Shown: positions 27,323 to 39,803 of the stretch, piece by piece
Position numbering within the stretch: position 1 is the stretch's first letter
How the letters are laid out: every line of letters begins with the position of its first letter
Origin: Clostridia bacterium
GTDB lineage: Bacteria; Bacillota; Clostridia; Christensenellales; CAAEEZ01
Assembly: GCA_900755035.1 (NCBI GenBank)
Contig: CAAEEZ010000016.1
Coordinates: 89,058 to 153,057, forward strand
DNA length: 64,000 nucleotides
Direction: 5' to 3'
Notes under the pieces: generated by a model
Told to the model about the DNA's origin: nothing
What the model saw: only the letters and a program-made list of their open reading frames with translations
The model's database searches: none
Position numbers and translations under genes: made by a program

Positions 27323-27327
27323 ATAAA

Positions 27328-27404
27328 TGGTAGCGGCGGTAAGATTCGAACCTACGACCTGTCGGGTATGAACCGACTGCTCTAACCAGCTGAGCCACGC
27401 CGCC
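27328..27404 (-). tRNA. Elongator tRNA-Met (anticodon CAT), CCA encoded
   Basis: GGCGGCGTGGCTCAGCTGGTTAGAGCAGTCGGTTCATACCCGACAGGTCGTAGGTTCGAATCTTACCGCCGCTACCA. Position 1-72 is paired, and the GGTTCATACCC anticodon arm resembles elongator Met rather than Ile2 or fMet. Confidence 0.8.
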
Positions 27405-27409
27405 ATAAT

Positions 27410-27487
<78 letters not shown>

Positions 27488-27514
27488 ACGTATACATCAA
27501 AATGATGCTTATTT

Positions 27515-27543
27515 ATTGTATAGGAATTTAATTGTTTTGTCAA
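27515..27543 (-). promoter_or_regulatory. Consensus-like sigma-70 promoter of the tRNA operon
   Basis: Minus strand: TTGACA (27538-27543), 17 nt spacer, TACAAT (27515-27520), about 28 nt upstream of the tRNA-fMet 5' end. Confidence 0.6.
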
Positions 27544-27751
27544 TGAATTTTAGCCCGTTTTTAATTTTTTTTGGTTTTTTACTTTTTTTGACCTTTATCG
27601 TATTGTATACTTATATTTATTTTATAAGAATATGCTCTATATTAAGCCGTCTTCTTTCATTTTATTATATATTTCAATTCCTTTTTCTATTGACTTATAA
27701 TAAGTTTCGTCTTTCGTCATAGGTATTCTCGGATTTCTTTCAAAAGGTCCT

Positions 27752-28048
27752 TTATTCGCTAGGTCTGCCCAAAAAAATAGCCGTTGCTATACCGTTTATT
27801 TCTTTTTCGGTTAAATGCACTTTCTTTTCCGCGTCTTGCTTTACAGTTTCTTGGCTAGTTTTCTCATCACATGCAGTTCTACTCTCTTCTACCTTTGACA
27901 TCATATTTTGATAGGTTTCATCTTTAATCATTACAAGGTTGCCTACTTCCGTATTTACTTTTATAACTTCGTCGTTTTGTATGCAGTTTTCAGCCAAGTT
28001 TTCTAGTTTTTTGCTAAATTCGTCAATATTTGCATTTATCGTTTTCAT
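27752..28048 (-). CDS. Phd/YefM-like antitoxin-domain protein with a C-terminal extension (orphan)
   Basis: 98 aa. The N-terminal roughly 55 aa (MKTINANIDEFSKKLENLAENCIQNDEVIKVNTEVGNLVMIKDETYQNMMSKVEE) follow the Phd/YefM pattern (xxVxIxxxxxxxxVlIsxxxYxxlxE). Confidence 0.5.
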   Translation of the reverse strand: MKTINANIDEFSKKLENLAENCIQNDEVIKVNTEVGNLVMIKDETYQNMMSKVEESRTACDEKTSQETVKQDAEKKVHLTEKEINGIATAIFLGRPSE

Positions 28049-28079
28049 ATTATTTTTCCCCCGTTCGTTTGGTTTTCTA

Positions 28080-28856
28080 TTAAACTAGCAAGTCCTCAAT
28101 CTTTTTGTACACGTAATTCTTTTTTAGCACCCTGTAAAAAGTAGGGATACTAGAAAAGCCCGAACTAAATATTGCTTCTGATATGGTTACGTCGGAGTTT
28201 TTTAGCATTTCCAAAACTTTGTCTGCCCTAATAATAGATATGTAGTCGGTAATAGACGTACCCATACAGCTATTAAATAGCCTAGAAAAGTAGTATTTGC
28301 TGTACCCAAAGTGATTTGCTAGCGTATCCAAGGTGATTTCTTCGGCGTAGTGCTCGTCGATATAAGTGATAATATCGCCGATAATACCCACGTCGTATTT
28401 ATACTCTTTTTCGCTAACGCCAAGTTTATCTACTATTTTACCAAGTAATAGGTCTACGCAACCTTGCGTAACTAGATTGTTGCGGTTTTCGTCCTTTAAC
28501 GACCTAATTATAGGCAAAAGTTCGCTAGTAAATTCTTTATCAGTAATAACGTTACCCGACAGCAATTTGTTGCCGTAGGCGTTAAAGTAGTCGGTTAGAT
28601 ACATATTTGGAAATACGATGCACGTTTGCGTACTATTTCTGCTATCAAGGTATGCGTGAATTACGTAACTATCGGCAATAAACAAATCCCCTTTGTGTAA
28701 AACTATCATTTTATTGTTCGTAATTATTTTTTTATCGCCTTCGTCTACGTACAATATCTCCAACTTTTTGTGGAAGTGGCTAGGGCAAGATTGGTCAATA
28801 CCAGACAAATAAAACAATTTTTCGTCTTTTTCTCTACTTATTTCGTAATTTATCAT
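28080..28856 (-). CDS. AraC family transcriptional regulator (cupin plus HTH)
   Basis: 258 aa. Motifs HFHKKLEILYVDEG and a C-terminal HTH (ITLDTLANHFGYSKYYFSRLFNSCMGTSITDYI ... FSSGFSSIPTFYRVLKK). GGAG lies before the ATG. Confidence 0.88.
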   Translation of the reverse strand: MINYEISREKDEKLFYLSGIDQSCPSHFHKKLEILYVDEGDKKIITNNKMIVLHKGDLFIADSYVIHAYLDSRNSTQTCIVFPNMYLTDYFNAYGNKLLSGNVITDKEFTSELLPIIRSLKDENRNNLVTQGCVDLLLGKIVDKLGVSEKEYKYDVGIIGDIITYIDEHYAEEITLDTLANHFGYSKYYFSRLFNSCMGTSITDYISIIRADKVLEMLKNSDVTISEAIFSSGFSSIPTFYRVLKKNYVYKKIEDLLV

Positions 28857-29123
28857 TTTAATCTCCGCAATATTTGAGAATACTAAAACTAAATGTTTAA
28901 TGCATTATTCCTGTCTTTATTATACACTATAATCACAAATAAGCAATAAAATTCGAGGTGATAATATGAAAAAAGTTACAAAAAAAAGTCAAAGCGTTAT
29001 CACAAACTTGAGTGTCGCTTTATTTTATTTGTTGTCTAAATAGCAATAAATAAAAATTTCGCTACTTTTAGTAGCATCAAGTTTTGCTCATAATTTTCTT
29101 TCACAAATATAACCATTAACAGT

Positions 29124-29151
29124 AAAAATCCCACTACTAAGTGGGATTTTT
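29124..29151. terminator. Bidirectional intrinsic terminator
   Basis: AAAAATCCCAC-TACTAA-GTGGGATTTTT, 4 nt past the stop of the zinc-ribbon gene. Confidence 0.7.
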
Positions 29152-29154
29152 ACT

Positions 29155-29298
29155 TTATTCTTCTTCAAAAGTTGTGTTGTTACATCTTGGGCACGGTGGC
29201 ATTTTATCATACTCGTTTAGAGAAACTTCGGTATGACAATTAGTGCAACAATAACAGCCCTTGCCTGGCTTTTCGCCGGTATTTACGATATTGCTCAT
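29155..29298 (-). CDS. Small zinc-ribbon protein (two CxxC pairs)
   Basis: The start is moved to the ATG at 29298 (MSNIVNTGEKPGKGCYCCTNCHTEVSLNEYDKMPPCPRCNNTTFEEE), preceded by AGGAGGG. Carries CxxC...CxxC motifs. Confidence 0.6.
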   Translation of the reverse strand: MSNIVNTGEKPGKGCYCCTNCHTEVSLNEYDKMPPCPRCNNTTFEEE

Positions 29299-29363
29299 AA
29301 TAATACTTCCCTCCTGTTTTGATAGTATTATTTTTAGCAATTCTTTCCGTTTTATACCAACTT

Positions 29364-31049
29364 TTACATTTTGCTAGGCGCTTTTATTCCAATTAAGCCA
29401 AGTCCCGACTTAATTACGTCCTTTACTGCCTTGGTTAATAGTAGCCTTGCGTTCCTAATTCCTTCCGGTTGGTCGATAATTCTATGATTTATGTAGAATT
29501 TGTTGTACGCTTGGCTTATATCGATAATTTGTCTAGTTACCATACTAGGCTCGTATTTTTCGCTTGCGTCCTTGATAATATCAGGATATCTATCTAATAG
29601 TTTGCAAAGTTCGAACGCCTCTAGGTTATTTACGCCTTCGTAATCAATCTCTCTAGTGATTTCGCATTTTTCTAGCACGCTACAACACCTTGCGTGCGTG
29701 TACTGAACGTACGGCGCAGTTTCACCGTCGAAGTTAAGCACTTTGTCGTAACTGAAACTAATATCCTTTATCCTATTATTAGAAAGTGCGCTAAATACAA
29801 CCGCTCCAACGCCAACTTCTTCGGCAATTTCTTCCTTATTTTGCAAATCGTTGTTTTTGTCGCAAATAATCTCGTATGCTTTTTTAACTGCGTTGTCTAA
29901 TACTTCTTCCAAAAATACGACGTTGCCCTTTCTAGTTGACAGCGAACTTCCTTCTAGCGACACCATACCGAAAGCAACGTGGATTAAATCCTTTGCCCAC
30001 GGATAGCCCATAAGTTCTACCACCTTAAACCATTGCTTAAAGTGTAGGTTTTGTTGATAAGCAACCACGTATAAGCATTTGTCAAAATCGTAGGTTTTTT
30101 TCCTATAAAAAGCAGCGGCTAAGTCCCTAGTTGCGTACAGCGTAGCTCCGTCCGCCTTTTTAAGTAGGCATGGTGGCATACCGTACTCTTCTAAGTCTAC
30201 TATCGTAGCCCCTTCGGATATTTTTGCAAGCCCTTTTTCTTCTATCTCGTCTAGTACGGGCTCCATTTTGTCGTTGTAGAAACTTTCACCGTTGTAACTA
30301 TCGAAGGTTACGTCTAGCCTGTCGTACACCCTTTGCACTTCTTTTAAGGTGATTGCCTTGAACCAATTAAATAGTTTTAGCGCCTCTTCGTTGCCGTCCT
30401 CTATCTTCTTGAACCACGCCCTAGCCTCGCCATTTAGAGCGTCGTTTTTCTCGGCTTCGTCGTGGAATTTTACGTATATTTCAAGTAGTGCCTTGATGCC
30501 GTTTTCTTCTATTTTTTGCTTATCTCCCCACAATTTGTAGGCAACGATAAGTTTTCCAAACTGAGTACCCCAATCGCCAAGGTGATTTATTCCAACGGTA
30601 TTATAGCCCAAAAATTTGTAAATTCTATAAAGCGCTGCACCTATTACGGTGGTGGATAAATGACCTATGTGGAAGGGCTTTGCAATATTTATAGACGAAT
30701 AGTCTATGCACACGGTTTTGCCTTTTCCAAGGTCGCTTCTACCATAGTTTTCGCCCGTTTCACTTACGTTATTTAGCGTTTTTACGATAAAATCCCTTTT
30801 GTTTATCGTAAAATTTAGGTATCCCGCTACGCTTTCAACCTTTGTAATTACGTTGTTTAGTTCTACTTTGCTCTTTAGTTCGTCCGCTATCATAACGGGA
30901 GATTTTCTTAGCATTTTGCTATATTTGAAACAAGGCAAAGCATAGTCGCCCATTGCGCTGTCTTTTGGGAAAACGATAAGGCTTTCTATCTCCTCTTGAC
31001 TAACGCCTTCGATTTTGATAAGTTTTGCAATCTCTTTCTTATAATCCAT
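29364..31049 (-). CDS. argS: Arginyl-tRNA synthetase
   Basis: 561 aa. Class I HIGH motif (PFHIGHLSTTVIG), an N-terminal Arg_tRNA_synt_N-like region and a C-terminal DALR anticodon-binding region. Confidence 0.93.
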   Translation of the reverse strand: MDYKKEIAKLIKIEGVSQEEIESLIVFPKDSAMGDYALPCFKYSKMLRKSPVMIADELKSKVELNNVITKVESVAGYLNFTINKRDFIVKTLNNVSETGENYGRSDLGKGKTVCIDYSSINIAKPFHIGHLSTTVIGAALYRIYKFLGYNTVGINHLGDWGTQFGKLIVAYKLWGDKQKIEENGIKALLEIYVKFHDEAEKNDALNGEARAWFKKIEDGNEEALKLFNWFKAITLKEVQRVYDRLDVTFDSYNGESFYNDKMEPVLDEIEEKGLAKISEGATIVDLEEYGMPPCLLKKADGATLYATRDLAAAFYRKKTYDFDKCLYVVAYQQNLHFKQWFKVVELMGYPWAKDLIHVAFGMVSLEGSSLSTRKGNVVFLEEVLDNAVKKAYEIICDKNNDLQNKEEIAEEVGVGAVVFSALSNNRIKDISFSYDKVLNFDGETAPYVQYTHARCCSVLEKCEITREIDYEGVNNLEAFELCKLLDRYPDIIKDASEKYEPSMVTRQIIDISQAYNKFYINHRIIDQPEGIRNARLLLTKAVKDVIKSGLGLIGIKAPSKM

Positions 31050-31100
31050 ATTTACCTCAGTTTATTTATTCTAGCATAATAAACTAAAATAATCAATTAT

Positions 31101-31856
31101 TTAGAAATAAAAGAAAAGAGTAACCAAACTAAGCACGGCAAGGTATATTCCAAACCACAAAAAACTGCTTTTTTTAATCGCTTTATAAAGAAGTGTTAAA
31201 CTGATAACTCCCCCTAAAAAACTGAACGCCATACCCACCATCAAAGGTATCGGCTCGATTACGCCTACGCCTGACTTATCTAGCGTAACAAGTTCCATCG
31301 CTACGCTTGCTAGAATAATAGGGATACTTAGCATAAAAGAAAAGTCCATCGCTTTCTTTTTATCTACCCCAAGCATAGTAAGAGTGCTTACTGTAATTCC
31401 GCTACGGCTAATTCCTGGTAGTACGGCTATTCCTTGCATAACGCCCGTTAATAGTGCGTTTTTGAACGATAAAGTCCTGTTTTTGTTAGTTGAAAAGTAC
31501 GACGAAAGAATTAGAACCACTGCCGACACCATGAAAAACAACGGTAAAAACTTGCCCGTTAAATACTCTTCTAAAAAGGTTTTGAATAAAATAGCAATTA
31601 TTCCCGTTGGAATAGAGGCAATTAAAATATACCGTAAATCGCTTTTTATAGGGTGGCGAAGCATATAAAAAATCTGTTTGTAAAACACGAAAAACACGCT
31701 AAGTAGCGTGCCAAGATGTAGCATTACGTTCAAAAAAACGGACGGCTCGGTTAGGCCTGCTTGCTCTAATAAAATTAAATGCCCACTGCTAGACACGGGC
31801 AAAAACTCGGTAAAACCCTGCACTAATCCTAAAACTATTGCTTTTACACTTTGCAT
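31101..31856 (-). CDS. uppP: Undecaprenyl-diphosphate phosphatase (BacA/UppP)
   Basis: 251 aa, 8 TM. N-terminal GLVQGFTEFLPVSSSGHLIL and PGISRSG motifs. Confidence 0.92.
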   Translation of the reverse strand: MQSVKAIVLGLVQGFTEFLPVSSSGHLILLEQAGLTEPSVFLNVMLHLGTLLSVFFVFYKQIFYMLRHPIKSDLRYILIASIPTGIIAILFKTFLEEYLTGKFLPLFFMVSAVVLILSSYFSTNKNRTLSFKNALLTGVMQGIAVLPGISRSGITVSTLTMLGVDKKKAMDFSFMLSIPIILASVAMELVTLDKSGVGVIEPIPLMVGMAFSFLGGVISLTLLYKAIKKSSFLWFGIYLAVLSLVTLFFYF

Positions 31857-31945
31857 TACTTTACTATTCCTTTTTTTTAAGATATAATATTTAAGATAAT
31901 AATAAATATTCGAAAATCTTACCGATTATTCATAACGGAGGAAAT

Positions 31946-33034
31946 ATGAAACTTGGCGTTGTAGGTCTACCAAACGTAGGCAAAAGCACACTTTTTAACG
32001 CAATAACTAAGGCGGGCGCTCAAAGCGCAAACTACCCTTTCTGCACGATAGAGCCAAACGTTGGCGTAGTTGACGTTCCTGACGAAAGGCTAGACAAACT
32101 AGCAAAACTATACGACTGCAAAAAAATAACCCACACTACCCTTGAATTCGTGGATATTGCAGGGCTTGTAAAGGGTGCGTCTAGGGGCGAAGGACTTGGA
32201 AACAAATTTTTAAGCCACATAAGAGAAGTAGACGCAATAGTACACGTAGTAAGGTGCTTTGACGACGAAAATATCGTACACGTAGAAAATACCGTAAACC
32301 CTATAAGAGATATAGAAACCATTAACTACGAACTTATTTTTGCCGATATGGAAAGTTTGGAAAAAAGAATTGCCAAACTAAACCAAAGCGCTAAGGGTGG
32401 CGATAAAAAGTTTTTGCAAGACGCTGCCGTGCTAAAAAAGGTGTACGACAACCTTGAAAAAGGCGTTCCTTGTAGGCTTATGGACTTAAACGAGGACGAA
32501 CAAGCGCTTGTAGACGAACAATTTTTGCTGACGACTAAGCCCGTAATATACGCCGCTAACGTTGGCGAAAACGACCTTGGGGAAGATAACGACTACGTTA
32601 AAAAGGTAAAGGACCTTGCAAATAAAGAAAACAGCGAAGTAATCGTACTATGCGCTAAGGTAGAAGAGGAACTTTCCACTCTTGACGACGAAGAAAAAAA
32701 TATGTTCTTAGAGGAAATGGGCATAGAAAAAAGTGGTCTTGACCAACTAGTATCTGCTTGCTACAAACTACTAGGACTAATCAGTTACCTTACCGCCGGC
32801 GAAAAAGAAACTAGGGCTTGGACGATAAAAAAAGGCACGAAAGCACCACAAGCAGCAGGCAAAATACATAGCGATTTTGAAAAAGGCTTTATAAGGGCTG
32901 AAATCGTGGACTACAACGTGCTACTTGAATGTGGCTCGGTTGCAAAAGCCCGTGAACTAGGCAAAGTGCGTAGCGAAGGCAAAGACTACATAATGCAAGA
33001 AAACGACGTGGTTGAATTTAGATTTAACGTATAA
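31946..33034 (+). CDS. ychF: Ribosome-binding ATPase YchF
   Basis: MKLGVVGLPNVGKSTLFNAIT..., DIAGLVKGAS, and a C-terminal TGS-like IHSDFEKGFIRAE. Confidence 0.95.
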   Translation: MKLGVVGLPNVGKSTLFNAITKAGAQSANYPFCTIEPNVGVVDVPDERLDKLAKLYDCKKITHTTLEFVDIAGLVKGASRGEGLGNKFLSHIREVDAIVHVVRCFDDENIVHVENTVNPIRDIETINYELIFADMESLEKRIAKLNQSAKGGDKKFLQDAAVLKKVYDNLEKGVPCRLMDLNEDEQALVDEQFLLTTKPVIYAANVGENDLGEDNDYVKKVKDLANKENSEVIVLCAKVEEELSTLDDEEKNMFLEEMGIEKSGLDQLVSACYKLLGLISYLTAGEKETRAWTIKKGTKAPQAAGKIHSDFEKGFIRAEIVDYNVLLECGSVAKARELGKVRSEGKDYIMQENDVVEFRFNV

Positions 33035-33168
33035 GCGTTGGTTTTAGATGATAGCCTTTAAGCCTATTCTTTTAAGTTTGATAAACTTACAAGTATAAAT
33101 ATACCGTCGTTTAAGCCACGCAAAAGCATATCTTAAAATTCTAATTTATTATATTTTTGCAAAATAAA

Positions 33169-33196
33169 ACAGCGTAAGTAGTTACGCTGTTTTTTA
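33169..33196. terminator. Bidirectional intrinsic terminator between ychF and the GH13 gene
   Basis: ACAGCGTAA-GTAG-TTACGCTGT followed by TTTTT, with an A-run upstream. Confidence 0.7.
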
Positions 33197-33244
33197 ATTG
33201 CCTAGTGTTTAGTAATGTTTCAGGTCGTTTTATTTTTTAATTCG

Positions 33245-34927
33245 TTAGTCGAATAGATATACCCTAGCCTCGTACGGTCTTGCCTCGAAACCTTTTTCTG
33301 TTATATCGTTACCATCTAAATAAGTAGATAGCAATAGTTTGCCGTCTTTTAGGTCGTAGCCTTTTGGCGTTTTGAAAGTTTCGTTATTTTTGCTGAAACT
33401 ACATATTACTAACATCTTTTTGCCTTCGTATTCTCTGCTGTAAACAAACCATTTTTTGCTACGTGGATAATACAAGGTAAAGTCGCCGTAGATAGCCACT
33501 TCGTTTTCCTTTCTTAGTTTTAGTACCTTTCTATAATGGTTTAGTACGCTACTTGGGTTTTCTTCCTCGGCTTTTACGTTGATTTCGGTGTAGTTAGGGT
33601 TTACGGTAAACCACGGCGTTCCCGTCGTAAAGCCTGCGTTTTTGCTGTCGTCCCATTGAACCGGCGTACGAGCGTTGTCCCTTGCGCTATAATGTACTCT
33701 ACCCATAGCGAACTTATCGCTAAAACCAAGTTTTCTAAACAAATTATAGAAGGTTTTGGAGTTTACGTCAGGATAATCGTCAATAGTTGGCAACTCGATA
33801 TTTAGCATACCTATCTCTTGTCCTTGGTATACGTACGGATTTCCGCATAGCAAAATATACATAGTTGCTAGCATTTTTCCGCTTTCTTCCCTCATTTCAG
33901 GGTTGCCGTAACGATTGATAATTCTAGGTTGGTCGTGGTTTTCCAAAAACAAGGTATTCCACGCCTTGCCGTAAAACGCAGTTTGCCATTTGTTGTATAT
34001 TCTTTTTAGTTTTGGCAAACTAAATCCCGTTCTCATCCAACTTGCCTTAAAGCAATCGCCTTCCATTTGCTCGAATTGGAACATCGTTCTAAGCACTTGA
34101 CCTTCGCCTTCGCCTATAAAGTCAAGCATTTTATTTACGCCAACAAGCGGTGCTTCGCCTACCGTCATTACTTCGTCGTACTCGTCGTAAACCTTTCTAA
34201 ATTCCATTAGGTATTCTTTTAGGTGCGGACCGTTTACGTAGTGCTCCATACCCGTCATAGCAGGTAGTGGGAAGCCGTTTGGCAAGCCTTCTTTTTTGCT
34301 GATATAGTTTATTACGTCCTCTCTAAATCCGTCTATTCCAAGGTCTAGCCAGAACCTAATTATGCCCTTAATTTCCTCTCTTACCTTAGGATTATCCATA
34401 TTCAAGTCGGGCTGACCTACGTCGAACAAATGCAAATAGTACTCGTCGCACTCAGGCACGTATTCCCAAGCAGAACCGGGGAAGTTAGATGCCCAGTTGT
34501 TAGGCGGTCTTTTGCCGTTTTTGCCCTTGCCTTTTCTCCAAATATAGTAGTCGTGATACGGATTATCTACGCTTTTTCTTGCTTCCTTAAACCATGCGTG
34601 CTCGCTAGAAGTGTGGTTTATAACTAAATCCATAATAATTTTTAACCCACGCTTATGCGCTTCGTCTATCACTTTTTTCATATCGTCAAGCGTACCGAAC
34701 TCCGGATTTATATCTCTATAATCCGATATATCGTAGCCATAGTCTTTGTTCGGCGATTTGTAAAGTGGACTGAACCATATAGCGTCTACGTTCAAACTCT
34801 TAATATAATCTAGTTTTTCAAGCACGCCTTTTAGGTCGCCTACTCCGTCGCCGTTGCCGTCCTTAAAACTTCTTGGCCATATTTGGTAAAAAGACATTTT
34901 TTTATACCATTCTTTCTTGATTTCCAT
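33245..34927 (-). CDS. GH13 alpha-glucosidase / oligo-1,6-glucosidase family enzyme
   Basis: 560 aa cytoplasmic protein. Motifs YQIWPRSFKDGNGDGVGDL, DLVINHTS, GFREDVINY and FLENHDQPR are the GH13 conserved regions. Confidence 0.9.
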   Translation of the reverse strand: MEIKKEWYKKMSFYQIWPRSFKDGNGDGVGDLKGVLEKLDYIKSLNVDAIWFSPLYKSPNKDYGYDISDYRDINPEFGTLDDMKKVIDEAHKRGLKIIMDLVINHTSSEHAWFKEARKSVDNPYHDYYIWRKGKGKNGKRPPNNWASNFPGSAWEYVPECDEYYLHLFDVGQPDLNMDNPKVREEIKGIIRFWLDLGIDGFREDVINYISKKEGLPNGFPLPAMTGMEHYVNGPHLKEYLMEFRKVYDEYDEVMTVGEAPLVGVNKMLDFIGEGEGQVLRTMFQFEQMEGDCFKASWMRTGFSLPKLKRIYNKWQTAFYGKAWNTLFLENHDQPRIINRYGNPEMREESGKMLATMYILLCGNPYVYQGQEIGMLNIELPTIDDYPDVNSKTFYNLFRKLGFSDKFAMGRVHYSARDNARTPVQWDDSKNAGFTTGTPWFTVNPNYTEINVKAEEENPSSVLNHYRKVLKLRKENEVAIYGDFTLYYPRSKKWFVYSREYEGKKMLVICSFSKNNETFKTPKGYDLKDGKLLLSTYLDGNDITEKGFEARPYEARVYLFD

Positions 34928-35049
34928 ATATTTCTCCCCGTAATTTTATACTATCATTATATATCTTTATTTTTTTATTGCCATATTTTTAGCAAAAAAT
35001 TTCAACTAATTCTTTTTATTATTCGCTTTTAGAGGTTTTTTATTAACTA

Positions 35050-35080
35050 TAAAAATAAGCGTCCATAAGGACGCAAATTT
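35050..35080 (-). terminator. Intrinsic terminator downstream of gyrA
   Basis: Minus strand reads GCGTCC-TTAT-GGACGC followed by TTATTTTTA. Confidence 0.6.
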
Positions 35081-37660
35081 TTATTCTTCGCTACTAGCAG
35101 GTTCGTCTGTTGTTTCTACGTTGTTTTCGCTAGCGTTTTCGCCGATTACTGCATTTTCTTCAACGGTTTCGCTATTTTCGGTTACAATTTCTTCTTCGTC
35201 GTCCCTTGGAACTACTGCCACCATAACTGCCTTAGCGTCCTCTTTCATCTTCATTAGTCTTACGCCTTGGGTATTTCTACCTATCTTAGATATTTCGTCG
35301 CTATGAATTCTAATAACTACGCCGTTGTCGCAAATTATCATAACGTCGCTCTCCTCGTCGGTTATTACCTTTAAGCCGATAAGTTCGCCCGTTTTATCGT
35401 TGAATACGCCTGCTTTAATACCCTTTCCGCCTCTAGTTTGAGTCTTATAATCGTCTGGGCTAGTGCGTTTTCCATATCCCTCTGAGGATATCGTCAAAAT
35501 CTCGTCAGTATCAGCAACTTTGCTCATATCTATTACGGTGTCGCCCTTTTCAAGTTTGATACTTCTTACTCCCATAGTATCTCTACCCATCGAACGAATA
35601 TCGTTTTCGTTAAAGCGTATGCACTTGCCTTGCTTGGTTGCAACGATAATATCTTCTTCGCCGTTAGTTAAGGTTGCGCCGATTAGTTCGTCGTCGCCTA
35701 CTAAGTTAATAGCAATCTTACCACCCTTTCTAATGCTTGCAAATTCCTTCATATCGGTCTTTTTGATTAGCCCGTTTTTCGTTGCAAGTGTTAGATAGGT
35801 ATGCTCGCTATCCTCTGGTAGTGGCAAGAACGCCGTTACCTTCTCTCCGCCGTCAAGTTGCAATAGGTTGATAATAGCCCTGCCCCTTGCCATACGTTGA
35901 GCCTCTGGTATTTCGTAGCCTTTCATCGTGTAAACTTTGCCCATATTCGTAAAGAATAGTAGGTCGATATGCGTGTTGGTTACGAACATATTTTCGATAA
36001 AGTCGTCCTCTTTTGCCTTATGCGCAGTTATACCCATACCACCACGACGTTGACTCTTGTACTCGCTTACCGCCATACGTTTAATGTAGCCTTCGTGCGT
36101 CATAGATACGATAATATCTTGCTTTTCAATAAGGTCAGCAATATCGATATCAGAATAATCGTAGGTAATTTCAGCACGTCTTGGCGTATTATATTTTTCC
36201 TTAATTTCAAGCATTTCGTTTTTGATAATATCTCTTATCTTAGTTATATCGCCCAAAATCTCTCTATATTCTACGATTAGTCTTTCTTTCTCTGCAAGTT
36301 CGTCGGTTAGTTTGTCTACTTCTAGGCTTGTCAAACGACGCAATTTCATTTCAAGTATAGCGTTTGCTTGTTTTTCGCTTAGTTCAAACGTAGACATCAA
36401 ACGTTCGCTTGCAATATCGGTAGTTTCACTCGTTTTGATTATTTGTACTACTTCGTCGATATTAGCCTCGGCAATTACTAAGCCCCTTAAAATATGCGCT
36501 CTTTCTTCTGCTCTTTCAAGGTCGAATTTAGTTCTTCTAGTTACTACGTCTTCTTGGTGTTTAACGTATGCAACCAAAATCTCCTTTAAGTTCATTATCT
36601 TTGGCACGCCGTCTTGAAGGGCAAGCATAATCATACTATTAGATACTTGCAAAGCCGTTTGCTTGAACAAAGTATTAAGTACTACTTGTGCGTTTGCGTC
36701 CTTTTTGATATCGATTACGATACGCATACCTTCTCTATCCGACTCTTCCTTAATATCGGCAATACCCTCGATTCTTTTATCTTTTACTTGGGTAGCCATA
36801 TTTTCGATTAGTTGAGCCTTGTTTACTTGGTACGGTATTTCGGTAATGATTATTCTATCTCTGTTGTGATGCTCGCCTGCCGTTTCAATCTCCGTCTTAG
36901 CCCTAATAATAGCGCTACCCCTACCCGTTCTATACGCCTCTTTTATAGAGTTTCTAGCAAGTACTAAACCGCCCGTTGGATAGTCGGGAGCAGGGATATA
37001 TTGCATAAGTTCTTCTATCGTTATATCAGGATTTTCGATAAGTGCAACCGTTCCGTCAATTACTTCGCCTAGGTTGTGAGGAGGAATAGAGGTTGCCATA
37101 CCTACCGCTATACCGTCCGAGCCGTTTACAAGTAGGTTTGGATATCTTGCCGGAAGTACCGTTGGTTGCTCTAACGTATCGTCGAAGTTAGGATAGTAGT
37201 CTACCGTCTTTTTGTCGATATCACGTAGCATTTCGGCACTTATTTTAGATAGTCTTGCCTCGGTATACCTTTGCGCCGCAGGAGGATCGCCGTCCACTGA
37301 ACCAAAGTTTCCGTGTCCTTCAACAAGCGGACATCTAATAGAGAAGTCTTGCGCTAATCTAACAAGCGCGTCGTAAACGGCAGTATCACCGTGTGGGTGG
37401 TACTTACCTAATACGTCACCTACGATTCTTGCACACTTTCTAAACGGTTTGTCGTTAGACAAGCCAAGTTCGTTCATAGCGTACAAAATACGACGATGAA
37501 CGGGCTTTAATCCGTCCCTTACGTCTGGTATTGCTCTTGATACGTTTACCGCCATTGCGTAGGCAATAAACGATTTTTTCATTTCGTCTTCTACTTTGAC
37601 GTCCTTTATTTTCGAGTTTTCTAATGATTTGGCAAAATCTTGTTTTTCTTCTTCTTTCAT
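35081..37660 (-). CDS. gyrA: DNA gyrase subunit A
   Basis: 859 aa. Motifs [26 protein letters not shown] and the active-site [10 protein letters not shown]. Acidic C-terminal tail. Confidence 0.97.
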   Translation of the reverse strand: MKEEEKQDFAKSLENSKIKDVKVEDEMKKSFIAYAMAVNVSRAIPDVRDGLKPVHRRILYAMNELGLSNDKPFRKCARIVGDVLGKYHPHGDTAVYDALVRLAQDFSIRCPLVEGHGNFGSVDGDPPAAQRYTEARLSKISAEMLRDIDKKTVDYYPNFDDTLEQPTVLPARYPNLLVNGSDGIAVGMATSIPPHNLGEVIDGTVALIENPDITIEELMQYIPAPDYPTGGLVLARNSIKEAYRTGRGSAIIRAKTEIETAGEHHNRDRIIITEIPYQVNKAQLIENMATQVKDKRIEGIADIKEESDREGMRIVIDIKKDANAQVVLNTLFKQTALQVSNSMIMLALQDGVPKIMNLKEILVAYVKHQEDVVTRRTKFDLERAEERAHILRGLVIAEANIDEVVQIIKTSETTDIASERLMSTFELSEKQANAILEMKLRRLTSLEVDKLTDELAEKERLIVEYREILGDITKIRDIIKNEMLEIKEKYNTPRRAEITYDYSDIDIADLIEKQDIIVSMTHEGYIKRMAVSEYKSQRRGGMGITAHKAKEDDFIENMFVTNTHIDLLFFTNMGKVYTMKGYEIPEAQRMARGRAIINLLQLDGGEKVTAFLPLPEDSEHTYLTLATKNGLIKKTDMKEFASIRKGGKIAINLVGDDELIGATLTNGEEDIIVATKQGKCIRFNENDIRSMGRDTMGVRSIKLEKGDTVIDMSKVADTDEILTISSEGYGKRTSPDDYKTQTRGGKGIKAGVFNDKTGELIGLKVITDEESDVMIICDNGVVIRIHSDEISKIGRNTQGVRLMKMKEDAKAVMVAVVPRDDEEEIVTENSETVEENAVIGENASENNVETTDEPASSEE

Positions 37661-37669
37661 ATTTCTCTC

Positions 37670-39592
<1,923 letters not shown>

Positions 39593-39683
39593 TTATTTTA
39601 ATTAAAAAATAATTGCTTATATTTATATATATTATAATAACATATAATAATACATTAATAAAGTCATTAGTGAAAAAAAGTTA

Positions 39684-39716
39684 TAAAAAATGAGAAAACT
39701 ACTTGAATTTTCTCAT
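39684..39716 (-). terminator. Intrinsic terminator downstream of recF
   Basis: Minus strand reads ATGAGAAAA-(9 nt loop)-TTTTCTCAT followed by TTTTTT, about 90 nt past the recF stop. Confidence 0.65.
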
Positions 39717-39803
39717 AATTTACGCTTATTTGCTTGTTTTGGCTTATTTTAATATAATTTATTGACTTTTATATATTCGTTTACTGTACGCTAATTTACG
39801 GGC

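Noticed and set aside
27029-27406. Track ORFs 27029-27406 (minus) and 27104-27385 (plus)
   Set aside because: They are fully explained by the four tRNA genes and their flanking repeats, so these are spurious reading frames.
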